DNA of 64,000 bases from Octopus sinensis (GCF_006345805.1 NC_043018.1:16492001-16556000), one strand, 5' to 3'; shown: positions 1 through 12,537, numbered from the stretch's first letter. A program made the numbers and translations. Notes: generated by a model not told the origin, from the sequence alone.

Positions 1-186
1 GGCTCGAGTTGAGCAAAATTGAGAGTATGATAGAAGAAGGCTTGCTCTTCCTTCCGTCGAAGAAAAAATTCAAATCTGGTCATGTTAACACCAAAAATTA
101 TTTACATCACAAAGGTTCTTTTATTTTTCTAGCTGAGCAAAGCTTTGTGAGTGAATTTAGTAGACGGAAACATAAAGAAGCTCGTC

Positions 187-262
<76 letters not shown>

Positions 263-277
263 TGTATGTATACATAC

Positions 278-344
<67 letters not shown>

Positions 345-355
<11 letters not shown>

Positions 356-674
356 TTGACTCTGCCGGTTACGACACGAGGGTCCCAGCTGATACGATCA
401 ACGGAACAGCTTGCTCGTGAAATTAACGTGCAAATGGCTGAGCATTCCACAGACACGTGTACCCTTAACGTAGTTCTCGGGGATAATCAGCGTGACACAG
501 AGAGTGACAAGGCTGACCCTTTGAAATACAAGTACAACTCATTTTTGCCAGCTGAGTGGACTGGAGCAACGTGAAATAAAGTGTCTTGCTCAAGGACACA
601 ACGCGTCGCCGGGAATCGAACTCACATCCTTACGATCATGAGCCGAATGCCCTAACCACTAAGCCACGCGCCCC

Positions 675-676
<2 letters not shown>
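345..676 (-). mobile_element. tRNA-headed SINE with conserved central domain
   Basis: Minus strand gggggcgcgtggcttagtggttaggg...gagttcgattcccgg (A/B boxes) followed by gtgtccttgagcaagacactt...cagtccactcagctg. Confidence 0.7.
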
Positions 677-733
<57 letters not shown>

Positions 734-762
734 ATATGTTGTATGTATTATATATATATATA

Positions 763-847
<85 letters not shown>

Positions 848-997
848 ATATTGTCCTCCTAAAATCGCTTGATAACCGATATTGGTGTGTTTTCATCCTC
901 GTAGCGTAGTGGTTCGGCAAGAGATAATGATAAGCAAGTCCGGTGGCGATTATTAACTGACATACATCAATACACAACTTCTTACCTCTCTTCTAAC

Positions 998-1416
998 TAT
1001 TCTTTTCTACTCTAGGTACAAGCCCGAAATGTTGGGGAGTGGGCCAGTCGATTAGATCGATTAGACCCCAGTACGTAATTGGTACTTAATTTATCAACCC
1101 CGGATGGATGAAATGCAAAGTCGACCTCGGCAGAATTTGAACTCAGAACGTAGCGGCAGACGAAATACCTCTAAGCATATCGCACGGCGTACTAACGATG
1201 CTGCTAGCTCATAGACATTCCCCTCTAACTATTAACACCATTTAGTTATTAATTACCTGTCTCTACGTTCTGAGTTTAAATTCCGCCGAGGTCGACATTG
1301 CCTTTCATACTTTCGGGGTCGATAAATTAAGTACCAGTTGTTTACTGGGTTCGATCTATTCGACTTGCCCCACTACCCCCAAAATGTCGGGCATTGTGCC
1401 AAGACTAGAAAAGAAT
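998..1416. mobile_element. Divergent inverted pair of tRNA-derived SINEs (family A) in the last intron of gene 1
   Basis: gtcgacctcggc(a/g)gaatttgaactcagaacg and its reverse complement flank a short spacer; both arms end in agaaaagaat. Confidence 0.75.
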
Positions 1417-1691
1417 TACCATATCACTGTCTAAATCTACTTATCTACTTATGAAATTCGGAAAATATATATTCATAGACTTGGTCTTTAAAATATACTG
1501 GAGAAAGTACAAATGACAATTTTTGAAAGAACTGAAAAATATGACCCGTCCTATTTGTTTCGGTTCTGCATGATGTACATTCACATCCCGCTGGTTTTTT
1601 TCGAAGTCAATAAAATGCAACAGCTTCTTCCCTAAGGAGGAACCATAATTTAATGAGTTTCTTATTTCACTACAATATTCTGTATTTACAG

Positions 1692-1890
1692 GTCCTCCTC
1701 CCCTTGCTCAAAGACAGTTTGCGTCCACAATATGCCAGTCAGGCTTTGCTGCCTAGATATGAAATGTCATTGTGTGTCTCTAGCGAGTTGCAGGTGTGTT
1801 CCTATAAATATCACTCGTGGCACTCATAACAGTATACTCCAAAGTGTAATCCCTATTCTCGTTTTCCTTGTAAATTTACTAAATTATTGA
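1692..1890 (+). CDS. Gene 1, terminal (mature peptide) exon of a Cys-rich knottin/toxin-like precursor; upstream exons lie before the window
   Basis: Acceptor tgtatttacag|G; phase 2 as in paralogues. Translates SSSPCSKTVCVHNMPVRLCCLDMKCHCVSLASCRCVPINITRGTHNSILQSVIPILVFLVNLLNY* (8 Cys, hydrophobic tail). Confidence 0.85.
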
Positions 1891-3234
1891 CGTTCTGCTC
1901 TTTTGAATCTGGTGGATAAATGTCATAGGTCAGATTGTTTTTATAGAAGGAGAAAATCTACTACTTTTTCTATTTTGAAATTTAACCAATCGTCAAATCC
2001 TATGATAGTAGAAAACTATGAATAAACATCAAGAGACATAGTGAAATATAAAATATCAACGAGCAGAAGTTTGATTTTATAATTTATCCTGGAAAGAAAT
2101 TCACGTATATTGCACAAAAACTGAAATGGTAACAGAAATGAAAATCTGCAAATCATAACTTACAACTGTGACTTTTCTTACAAACCTAAATTAATACGAC
2201 GAATGTATTTAATATCTAATATCTTTATGCGATTATTCCGTCAAATTCTAATGAAATCTCAATTAAATAAATTTAACCAAGCATTGCAGAACACTTTGTG
2301 CTTCGTTTTTCACTGTTTGTAAGTTATTGAAGGGTATCAAAGTATTTATGGTTTGTTCTTCGCTGTGGTGTTTGCCTTTAAGTTATCGATATGAATGGTA
2401 AGAATTTACATTGCAGTGGTGTGCTATATTATTCTCCGAGTTCTATTTTATAAAATTTAAAAATGAAATAGGAAAAAAAAAAGATATAAGAAAGGAAAAT
2501 AGAGAAAAACAACTTAACCAGTAGAAATTGAGGAGAGGCGCGATTGATCACATAACCCAGAATGAATAGTGTGCTCAGCTGGGCCTCGCAGAAGTGACCC
2601 TGATGGCTTTGCCGCGAAGAACGTTGCGGCAGCCACTTCCTGAGGCTCATTAATCCAATGGGCCGCCTTCATCCCTCAGTTCGGAACGAAGTCCAAGAAC
2701 ACCTGAGGTCTCGACGTACCCGGTACAAACTGATAGTAGCCAGTGAGGACCAAATATTTCTTGAATGTTCTCTCGTCGTGATTATGGAAGGTGACACCCG
2801 CATTTGCAGCCGTTGCAGCAAGGTTAGTCCCTTGTCAAAAATATTTATTGATGTTGTGGTGATCGGACAGTCGTCGTCGAGAAGACAGGTGATTGAGTAA
2901 CGATCGATAGGTTACTGAGTTATGATCAATAAGTAATTGAGTTACTATCGATAGGTGTTTGAGTTACGATCATTTCCAGCTTCGTTTTGACTGATATAAT
3001 GTGCATAGTTTCCCAGTGTGCACACTGTCGTTCCATTCTTAAGAAGGCTGGACAGTAATTCGTTGCAAGGCGAGTGATCAGGATGTCTTCCTCATCTCCT
3101 TGACTGAGGTTGCAAAATTGAACCAAGTATGTCAAATAATTAAATACATACACACAAATATATGATTATGTGTTATTCATATAAATGCAGTTTACATATA
3201 AACAAAAAAGGTGTATCCATCATACGGATACCTG

Positions 3235-3334
3235 CACGCTAGAGAGGACAGTTTTTAGGGATAAAGTTTCGAATAGAATGGAAAGCAAAACATCCCTAAT
3301 AGTGGTTTGGAATTTAACTGTCCTCTCTAGCGTG
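3235..3334. repeat. 18-bp perfect inverted repeat (CACGCTAGAGAGGACAGT) with 64-bp spacer, in a longer imperfect foldback
   Basis: Arms at 3235-3252 and 3317-3334. Homologous structure in other units (~19290-19390, 30260-30360, 43610-43710, 51370-51470, 52850-52950). Confidence 0.75.
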
Positions 3335-3387
3335 TAAGTAGCCTATGATAGATAGCTCTTTTGTTTTTAAATGCACACTGTACATAT

Positions 3388-3507
<120 letters not shown>

Positions 3508-3855
3508 ACATATATAATAATAAATATAGGGAATATATCCAAATTTACAGGGAAAAAAATCAGATTTAGGATTAAATCCAATTTTATAGTAAAATATTAT
3601 AAAATATTATTTGAGACAAACCACTATTTTGCAAAACAAACAAGGAAAGACTTAATCAATACATAAAATTTAATAAATAGTCAAAAAAACCGCCACTACA
3701 ATCGTTTCTTGTCTTGATCGACAATCTTCAGGTGGACTTCCAATAATTCAGTTACAAATTATGAAGTTTTTTTGACTATTTATTAAATTTTATGTATTGA
3801 TTAAGTCTTTCCTTGTTTGTTTTGCAAAATAGTGGTTTTGTCTCAAATAATATTT

Positions 3856-3900
<45 letters not shown>

Positions 3901-3956
3901 TTGTATGTATATATATATATATATATATCAATGGCTGCAGGCATATACATACATGC

Positions 3957-4038
<82 letters not shown>

Positions 4039-4356
4039 AAATACGAAATGGGACAAGAATGCAAAACATCCGCACAAATAGGTAATACAAAAAAGGGACA
4101 ACAAAACATCCAGATAAACTATACAAAAAAACGGACGGGTCGTTCGAAGCATTTGATTTTCAGTTAAGAACCGGATCATCCTCGCAATCACGGCTGATTA
4201 ATCTTGAGATTTCTTCAATCTGGCCAGCCCCAAGGAAAAACTAAGCTAAGAGCATTAGATACTTTGAAAAAAAGCATCGAATATATACGAAACAAAGACG
4301 GAGAAACGTACGATGTTACACGAATATAAATAAAAAATATTACAAAGAAACAACAA

Positions 4357-4415
<59 letters not shown>

Positions 4416-4445
4416 TAATAATAATAATAATAATAATAAAATAAC

Positions 4446-4476
<31 letters not shown>

Positions 4477-4500
4477 TTAATAATAATAATAGTAGTAGTA

Positions 4501-4536
<36 letters not shown>

Positions 4537-4560
4537 GCAGTAGTAGTAGTAGCAGTAGTA

Positions 4561-4603
<43 letters not shown>

Positions 4604-4611
4604 TAATAAAT

Positions 4612-5200
4612 GCCCTGATGCAGTACCTAATTGCCCTGATGCAGTACCAGGCAGTAGCTCTCATGGCTTCTGATCTTAACTGATTGGAAGTGTTATCATG
4701 TACATTGTTTTGTCCTGGTATAAAAGATGGGCTACAGCAAATATTCTGCTCAATACCACAGATTTGCTTGTCAGTTGTTTGACCATAACTAGTTGAGCAT
4801 GTCCCTTGGTGGCTGACGATATGTGCATCTCTGACCACGAGCAGAAGTAGTGGGGGAGCATCATAGTCATGTGTTAAGAGGGATTCTTTGGGGTTTGAAT
4901 AATTCACCTCTGGAAACATGAGTGATTCTTTCAACATCCTTAAACAACCCTTATTCAGGGACCTTTTGAGCGGGATGGGCTACTAAACCTGAAGAAAATT
5001 CTAACTTGGCCCCACCTGCAAGTTCATGTGCTGTTTATCTTGATATGAGATCACCATAAAGCGCACATATGGTTGTGATGCATGTGCCTGGTGTACCCTT
5101 AACAGACGGGTAGTCATGATGGGTATATTGGGCTTCGTTTATTTTACTCCAGTGTCACTTTGATGGCATGAACTGCTCTCTCACTCAATAATAATAATAT
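4612..5200 (+). mobile_element. Interspersed repeat with (AAT)n tail, probable retroposon 3' part
   Basis: Ends ...ctctctcactcaataataat. Near-identical shorter copy on - at ~42340-42815; absent from the unit-3 equivalent (~20640-20720). Confidence 0.5.
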
Positions 5201-5467
5201 TAAGTATAACAGGACATAATAACAGGCGTCTTTTGACTGGAGACAAATTGGATTCAGCTGGCGTGTTGGGAATTTAGGCTTACGGCAGAGGGAAAGGGTG
5301 GTGCTGTGGCAGTGACCGTGGTCAAACGCAAAAGGGGAGAGAGAGAGTGTGTTGAAGAAGTCGTTCAAAATTGAGTGCAATGTGTACTTACATATAAGAG
5401 AACAAAGGGTACGTACGCCGCTCTACATATATATATATATATATGTATATGTATATGTATATATATG

Positions 5468-5508
<41 letters not shown>

Positions 5509-7243
5509 ATCATCTTCTATTTGTGAAAGGGATAAGTAATGGGTTGTGTAAAACATATGAACGAATGTGTGGCGATATTTGTCAAAACGTGCAGCTACAC
5601 TTCTCATCGAGAAAAATCTTCCTGCAATTACTCTTTCAAACAGTTGCTGCCATCTATCATGAAGATACTCTGCCCATTGCAATGCCAAGTGCAGGATATG
5701 AGATGTGTACTGTCAGCATATTTCGCGGAAGCCTTAAAACATCACAGAAAATGCTTTTTGGTATTTATTCAGGCTTCTATATTCTGAGTTCGAATCCCTG
5801 CAGTTCAACTGTTCTTTCCCTCCTTTTTGAGACGATAAATAAGGTTCCAATATTCCCCACCTCCTTTCCGATATTCGTAGAAACATGAGGTCTTTTAATT
5901 TACCTCCAGAAATTATGAAAGTTTGTAACACGATTTTTGACCTTAGGTAGCAACTGTTATTTCCTCTTTGCTTATCCCTAGAAACTATGCAAAATGAATA
6001 ATATTTCCTCCAGACATTCATGTCCTTAGATTGATTCAAACCCTAAAGATTCCCCTTTCAGGCTCTCCATCTACTCCTGCCAATTATCAGAGATGCACAT
6101 ATTGTCAGCCACTAAAGGACATCTCCAAGTGGTTAAGGTCAAGTAACTGGCGAACAAGTTTGTTGTATTGATCAGAATATTCGCTAAAACGATATTTATG
6201 CTTCAGCAAACCAGCCCTGTCGAAAATGTAATAGAAAATGGGTCACTTTGAAAGCATTGATGTCCAGGCACAAAAGCAAAGTGTGAAGGGAACAAGAGTC
6301 ATTTCCTTTAACTTCCAAATAGAATTAAACAGGAGATAACACTTACTATCCAAGGATAAAAGAAAGTGTCATCTATGTAACAGATAACCTCGCATTTCTT
6401 AGCCCGATTTCTGATTAAGTAATGATAATATTGTAAGCAAGCATCTTCAGTGGTATCTCAGTTCTCAATCTATCATGCAAAACTTATTGGAGATCTAATC
6501 TAAGCTGTGCTGCAAAGAGATGTTACGGCCCGACTTTGATTATTCTAATATTGGTAAATTAACATCTTGAAGAAATCTCTGAACTAACGTCTTGATACAC
6601 GTGTGCGGCTCTGATGTCTAAAGAAATAAAATCTACATTTACACGTTATATATGGAAAATTCCAGATTATATTTTAAATAAGAATGCCTATTTTTTTTAC
6701 AAAAGGTCGATTTTTTATAAGAATATATATTTTATTTTATATTAAAGCTCCGATACAAAATACAAAGCTGTCATAAATAAAATATTATTGGTTATAATGA
6801 CTTGGAGATCAGGGATAATCAGGATCTAAGCAGCAATTTGGACTTTGCACGTCTGAATGAGTCGTAAGTTGGTTTCTGGAAAAGAACTTAAAAATTGACT
6901 CCAATGAAGAACGTTGACATAACCGAAGATATAAATTCGATATAGTTTGAAATGATGTGTTCTAATTACTAATTCACACAGCTGGCGAAGTGCACTGCGG
7001 GTTAGTAAATATTGTATCTCATAACATTAATCAAATTGCTGATTTATACATACACACATACATACACACAAACACATACACATACAAATAGACGTACATA
7101 CATACACACATACACACATGCATACATACGTGCGTACATACATACATACATATATATATATATTATATATATATGTATATATATATATATATATGTATGT
7201 GGTTGTACGTATGTATACACACTCGCGCACGCACACACACACA

Positions 7244-7317
<74 letters not shown>

Positions 7318-8706
7318 GATGTGTGTTTGTGTGTGTAAAGAAGAAGAGAAAACACAGCGTGTACAAATTCAAGAATAGAATAGAAAACGACAGCTGGAGT
7401 CAGCAAAGTTTAACGGTGGTCAGTGTATAACTAGCTCTACACAACCCTCATCAACCAGTGTGAAATTTGCACCTGAGAAAGTCTACTGAGCTGTTTGTAA
7501 AAATACCGTTCGAATCAAACAAGTATGTAACATTTAAATTATTCTTTGCGACTGTATGTGATTAAGTAATAGCATTACACAGTTATGGTAATGATGATGG
7601 TGGTAGTGGCAGAGCTTAAACCGTTTGTTGCCTGTTTGCATGTGTACAATCCAAGATCTGCAAAAAGAGAGGATCACCGGAATGATTTTCTGATCTTCAC
7701 TTTATATCTCATCGATTGTATTTGATGAAAGGGAATCAGTTGACCCCTTCAGTTTTGGTTGAAGTCGGGCTTTTGTAAATTTTAATTAACGTAAATCGTT
7801 TGCTAAGAAACAAGTGAACCTATTTTGGCTGGATGTTTGTGTTATACATTTCTCATTATTTTACAAAAGATGTTCCCATTTTCTTACTTTATGTCAAAAT
7901 ATTCTCATCCAACAAACTGCTGATCTTTGCAACACTGGCCAACTGCTACCCTCCTTTCCATGGAACACTATTTCACCAAGATTAATATCCATGGGTTACT
8001 GTTTCTATTGAGTTGATTGACCATTATTCTTTGTTTTAAATCGTGTGAATATATTCTGGTTCTGGAGTAGCCTTGTCATAGCAATCAAAACAACGTGTTT
8101 TTCATAAAGCGTTTTTAGTTGGTGTATGTGTGTGTGTGTGTGGTGTGTGTGTGTGTATGCGTGTGTGTGTGCGTGCGTGTTTGGTAACAATGCTATATCT
8201 AAATGATGAATGTAGAATCTTGAAGATATTTTTTGACAGTTACTGAATACTGTCCCGTATTTAGAGCAAAGCCGACATGCATAACCTTCTTCTGATATGA
8301 GACTTATACCTGGGGTACTTCTTCATCGATTCTTCGCTTAGTTTTTCCTTGCCCAGATTAGTCATTGACATACCTCATAAATAAAAACAATAGCAAGACC
8401 ATTAATTAAAAGAGACACGTAATATGATGCTCTTCCAGAAAGTATTGTATTTATAAAGATATACATGATAAACATATTTCTGTGTGAGGATAACATGACA
8501 CATGTATTCAGCATCGAACAATTGTATTTAGTCATGTTTAGTCTCAGATTGTTACATACAAGTGCAACCTTTTATAAGTGAAATGTGCAGGAAAGTTTGA
8601 TTTGGGTTGAAGAAAACAGAGAAAATACATTTGACTGAGTGCATTTCACATACAAGATTCCACCAACTGCAAACTGACAAACATCTCATAATTGTTTTGA
8701 TTGCAG

Positions 8707-8747
8707 AAATAAAAATAATATAGCTATAGAAGCTAGATAAACTTGAA
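8707..8747 (+). other. Putative 41-nt non-coding (5' UTR) exon of gene 2
   Basis: CTGAC branch-like motif, then ttttgattgcag| ... aa|gtaaga. Same 41-nt spacing at 24346-24386 (+), 38488-38528 (-) and 59495-59535 (-). Confidence 0.4.
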
Positions 8748-9054
8748 GTAAGAATATTTCATTCACTGTGAACAACATGGGGAATATTTTGGACAAATGC
8801 TTCGAAGACGTCATCTTCTCCTAAATTATATATTCACATTTGAAAATAAATCTAGATTAGTACTATTGATGCAATTAAATTAGCCATATTACTTATTGTT
8901 TAAATGGTAAATCTTGGATTTTTAGTGAAATATATTTGAACAGCTAGAAGATAATTGTTACCTAAATTTCCAGCTGAAGACTTTTGCTTATTTTCTAAGA
9001 AAAATGCTTTTGTATTAATCACTCTCGTTATATGTGTCTATCATCAGGTGCGTG

Positions 9055-9118
9055 ATGAAAGGCATCATTGTCCTATTGTTTTGTGTATTCATTTCACACA
9101 CCTTCTCGGATAAACAAG
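9055..9118 (+). CDS. Gene 2, signal-peptide exon
   Basis: Acceptor catcag|gtgcgtgATG, donor caag|gtaagt. MKGIIVLLFCVFISHTFSDKQ plus 1 nt (phase 1). Confidence 0.88.
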
Positions 9119-9876
9119 GTAAGTAGAATTAGAAATTTCTTTTATTTTATAGCAATCCGAAACGTAGTAGGAGAAAAGGCGGAAAATAGAAGGGCGGGAA
9201 GGAGGAAAATGAATAACGTTACTTTAACGGTCTTTCGGGTGTACCCAATTTATATGCAATTAAAGCCTTTAAATAAATAACTCTATTTATCAAAACTACC
9301 CATAAACCAAATATACGGAGTTAAGATTCTTCTATATAATATATAACATTTAATTAACAATATGAATGATACAAATCGGGAAGGATTCTAGTGGTGTGGT
9401 CTCATCTCTTACTCCTGTATTTGATTCAGAACGTAAACACGAATGAAGGACACTAAGCACATTGCTCGTCGAGCTAACCATTCTGCCAGCTCTCCGCCGC
9501 CGCCCTTAGAATTCTTAATTATTAAACTAATAACAGAAGAGATTCAGCGAATGCTGTATATATAATTTTTCACGTGTATTTTGTTTGTCATCTTGTCATT
9601 CCTTTTTATTGGTCCTTTGGTTTTTTTATCTCCTTTTATGTATTAAAAACATCCATCACTACAGTGATGAGCCATATTTAAGTGTATGAGTGAGGAACTT
9701 CGAGTTCCAGTCTTCATGATCCTGCACCTTGTTTCAGATCGTCTTACCATAAATACGTTATCCTCCATTCAATGAATTACCTGTTGAGTGATGCATGGGT
9801 ATTTTGTGTATTTCTACACGAAACTTTGGTAAATGGACTTCTAATGCTTCCATATGTATTTTAATATTTCTTTCAG

Positions 9877-9937
9877 ATGTCGCTTCCGTCCGTCAAAAGA
9901 GAGGACATTCTGTAGTTTTGAGTAAATTGACTAAAAG
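9877..9937 (+). CDS. Gene 2, propeptide exon
   Basis: Acceptor tttctttcag|AT, donor aaaag|gtaaga. 61 nt, (D)VASVRQKRGHSVVLSKLTK(R); phases 1 and 2 match the flanking exons. Confidence 0.88.
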
Positions 9938-11271
9938 GTAAGATCTACATATCTACATAATCGAATTACTAGACAAGCGCCCTCTAGTGAGGTTTCATGG
10001 CATGTGTCTATAGTAGAGAGGTCATCTTTCTTGAGACTCATTCCTGATTGTAGTTTTGGTGTAAAAGAGAATATGAAACGGGAATATATCATGTGAGAGG
10101 ATAGGAGAAAATTTTGCATGGCAAAATGGGCAAGTGTCTCTTGCTTTTGCTTTTGCCGACCAAAGCCTTGTGAGTGGATTTGTTAGACGGAAACTGAAAG
10201 AAGCTCGTCGTATATATGTATTTATATATGTAGGTGTGTATATACGTTTGTGTGTCTATACCCCCACCCCAATATCGCTTGACAACCCATGCTCCAGTGT
10301 GTCCGTCCCCACAACTTATAGTTTCTGCAAAAGTCACCGATAGATTAAGTACTAGGCTTACAAAGAATAAATTTGCTTGACTAAAGGCGATGCTCCAGCA
10401 TGGCCACAGTCAAATGACTGAAACAAGCAAAAGAATAAAGAGTAAAAACTGAATAATATTCGTTTCTATTTTGCCTAGAAAATTCATCAACAATTCATTC
10501 AGCCATAGGTGCAAGCATGACTGTCTAGTTAACAAGTCCGAGCGTTCATTCCCTGAACATGTGTCTTCTGCTATACGCCCAGCGCGACCAGCGACCAATA
10601 CCATTGAATGAATGTGGTAGAGGAAAAAATTCTATTATCTATATCTATTATTGGGACCCGTCGAAATTCCACGGAATGGAAAAAGTTAAGAGGACATGTT
10701 TAAGAGAGAAAGAAGTATTCTTTAAATATTCTTGACGTTTGTCTGCATCCATTTCCTCACGTCATCGACTGCATTATTTTTACCTTTTTCCCCCTCTGAT
10801 CCGTGCTCCATGTCAGCTCATTCTTTCTCGAGCAGCTTGTATCTGTATTTCCTGTGAATCCAGAGTTGGCCTTTATAAACAAATATCAAATTTTAAGCGA
10901 GCACATAATAAATAACTACACTTATGCGATAAGCAATGGTCACTATGAGAAAAAAAATTAGTTCATAAAAATAGATACTTCTCACTATCAACACACCACC
11001 ACCACCACCACCACCATCACAGCAGCAGCATTCTCATTCTCTCTCTCTCTCTCTCCCTCTCTCTCTCTTCTCTCTTTCCCTCGTATTCTCTTTTTCTCTC
11101 GTTCTTCGCCTCTACTTTCAGCTCATCAATCAACGAATTTGGCTTAAGTACATTAATATTAATCACTTCTCTCTAATTCTTCTACTCTTTTTCTTCACTC
11201 CTCCCTCTCTCTCTCCTTATTAGTCTTACTCCACCTCGCACCCACTCCACCTTCAGCTTTCGAACTAATCT

Positions 11272-11664
11272 ATCTCTATATACAAAGCTGAAGTTGTCTG
11301 TGTGTGGCAGGTTTCGTAGCCTTCAACTTACACTATTTCCTCCGAGACCCTGCGGCGCAAGTTGACCAAATTTGAGAGTATGGTAGAAGAAGGTTTGCAT
11401 TTCCTACCGTAGAAGAAAATATTAAAATCAGGCCATGTTAACACGAAAAATTATTTACATCACAAAGGTGCTTTTTTTTCTATGAAAATCCCTGCTTTTT
11501 ACGATTTTGTGATTGCTGTGTCGCCATTTTTCCGTGTATTTCAACAGGAAAAATGTTCACTTAAAGAAAATAACAAACTACATAATGTAAAATGTTTACT
11601 TTTCAAAAGTTATAATTCTAAAGGGTCGAAACAAAGCCGAGAAACGCCGGGCGATACTGTTAGT
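11272..11664 (-). mobile_element. Non-autonomous Helitron/Helentron-like element
   Basis: Begins ACTA(A/G)CAGTATCGCCCGGCGTT and ends acagacaacttcagctttgtatatagagat on its own strand. Copies at 49261-49643 and 56854-57245 (+); partials at 1-150, ~25838-26032 and ~45310-45385. Confidence 0.5.
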
Positions 11665-12374
11665 TAATATATAATGGGCGAACGAACAAGTAGATTATCA
11701 TAGAGATATGTGTTTGCATATACCCGTATATTTTCCATTCTTGGATTGCACAATGTGAGATGTAATGTAACGGTCACCTACACAAACACAAGAGAGGTTG
11801 TCTTCATATTCTTATTACTATTTTCTTGCAGGCTAATTTAGCCAAAACTATATACACAAATGTGGCATGCTATACAGCTTCAATAACTTAAGCATTTACT
11901 CATAGAGAGACATTAATGTCCATCCTTAATAAATGACAATGAAGCAACGAGGCAAGAAAGTCGGTTTCTCTTTCTTTCTTTCCTTTTATTTGATACAGAG
12001 ACAAATATACCAAAGTAACCAGATTTGAAAATCATATAAAGGTTAAGATTCCCATTTTAAAAGTTATATTCAAGATGGAAGATTGTTTTGTCTCTTCTTT
12101 TGGAAACGTCGTTTTCATATCTTATTTAGGATGCGTAGAGAAGTACATAGGACAAACCACAATGACCGTAACAAAAGAAATGATACCACGTACAATGCAT
12201 ATTTGATTTCCCAGTTGCAGACGAGAAAATCTCGGGTAAATTCTGCTGAGATTCATGAATCAAAATTTTAATTTATTAATTTATGTCAGAATAGTGACGA
12301 TAAATTCTAACATAGAGGATCAATAAGACTTAGGCTGATTAAAGAGTATAGGGGGGGGTGGCATTTAAAAGTAG

Positions 12375-12537
12375 ACACAGTGGCTGTGTGATAAGTAGCT
12401 TGCTTACCACAACTACATGGATACGGGTTCAGTCCCACTGCGTGGTACCTTGAGTAATTGTGTTCTACTATAACCTCGTGGTGACCAAAGCTTTGTGAGT
12501 GGATTTGGTAGACGGAAACTGAAAGAAGCTCGTCGTA

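Noticed and set aside
605-676. tRNA-like A/B-box sequences
   Set aside because: They are heads of SINEs followed by SINE bodies and lack complete cloverleafs; not called as tRNA genes.
151-909. Many ORFs rich in YI/IY, CV/HT, poly-I/N/L or ER repeats throughout the window
   Set aside because: Translations of (TA)n, (CA)n, (AAT)n and (GA)n microsatellites, which lack stop codons in some frames; no coding evidence.
4386-4937. 183-aa minus-strand ORF
   Set aside because: Antisense read of an interspersed repeat running into (AAT)n; no homology recognised.
5349-5888. ~125-aa non-repetitive frame (YHLLFVKGISNG...FPIFVET), also open at 41301-41759
   Set aside because: Units 3 and 6 carry an in-frame TAG (aac atg tag) and an overlapping frame is similarly open. 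The similarity is explained by recent duplication; no recognisable domain or splice logic.
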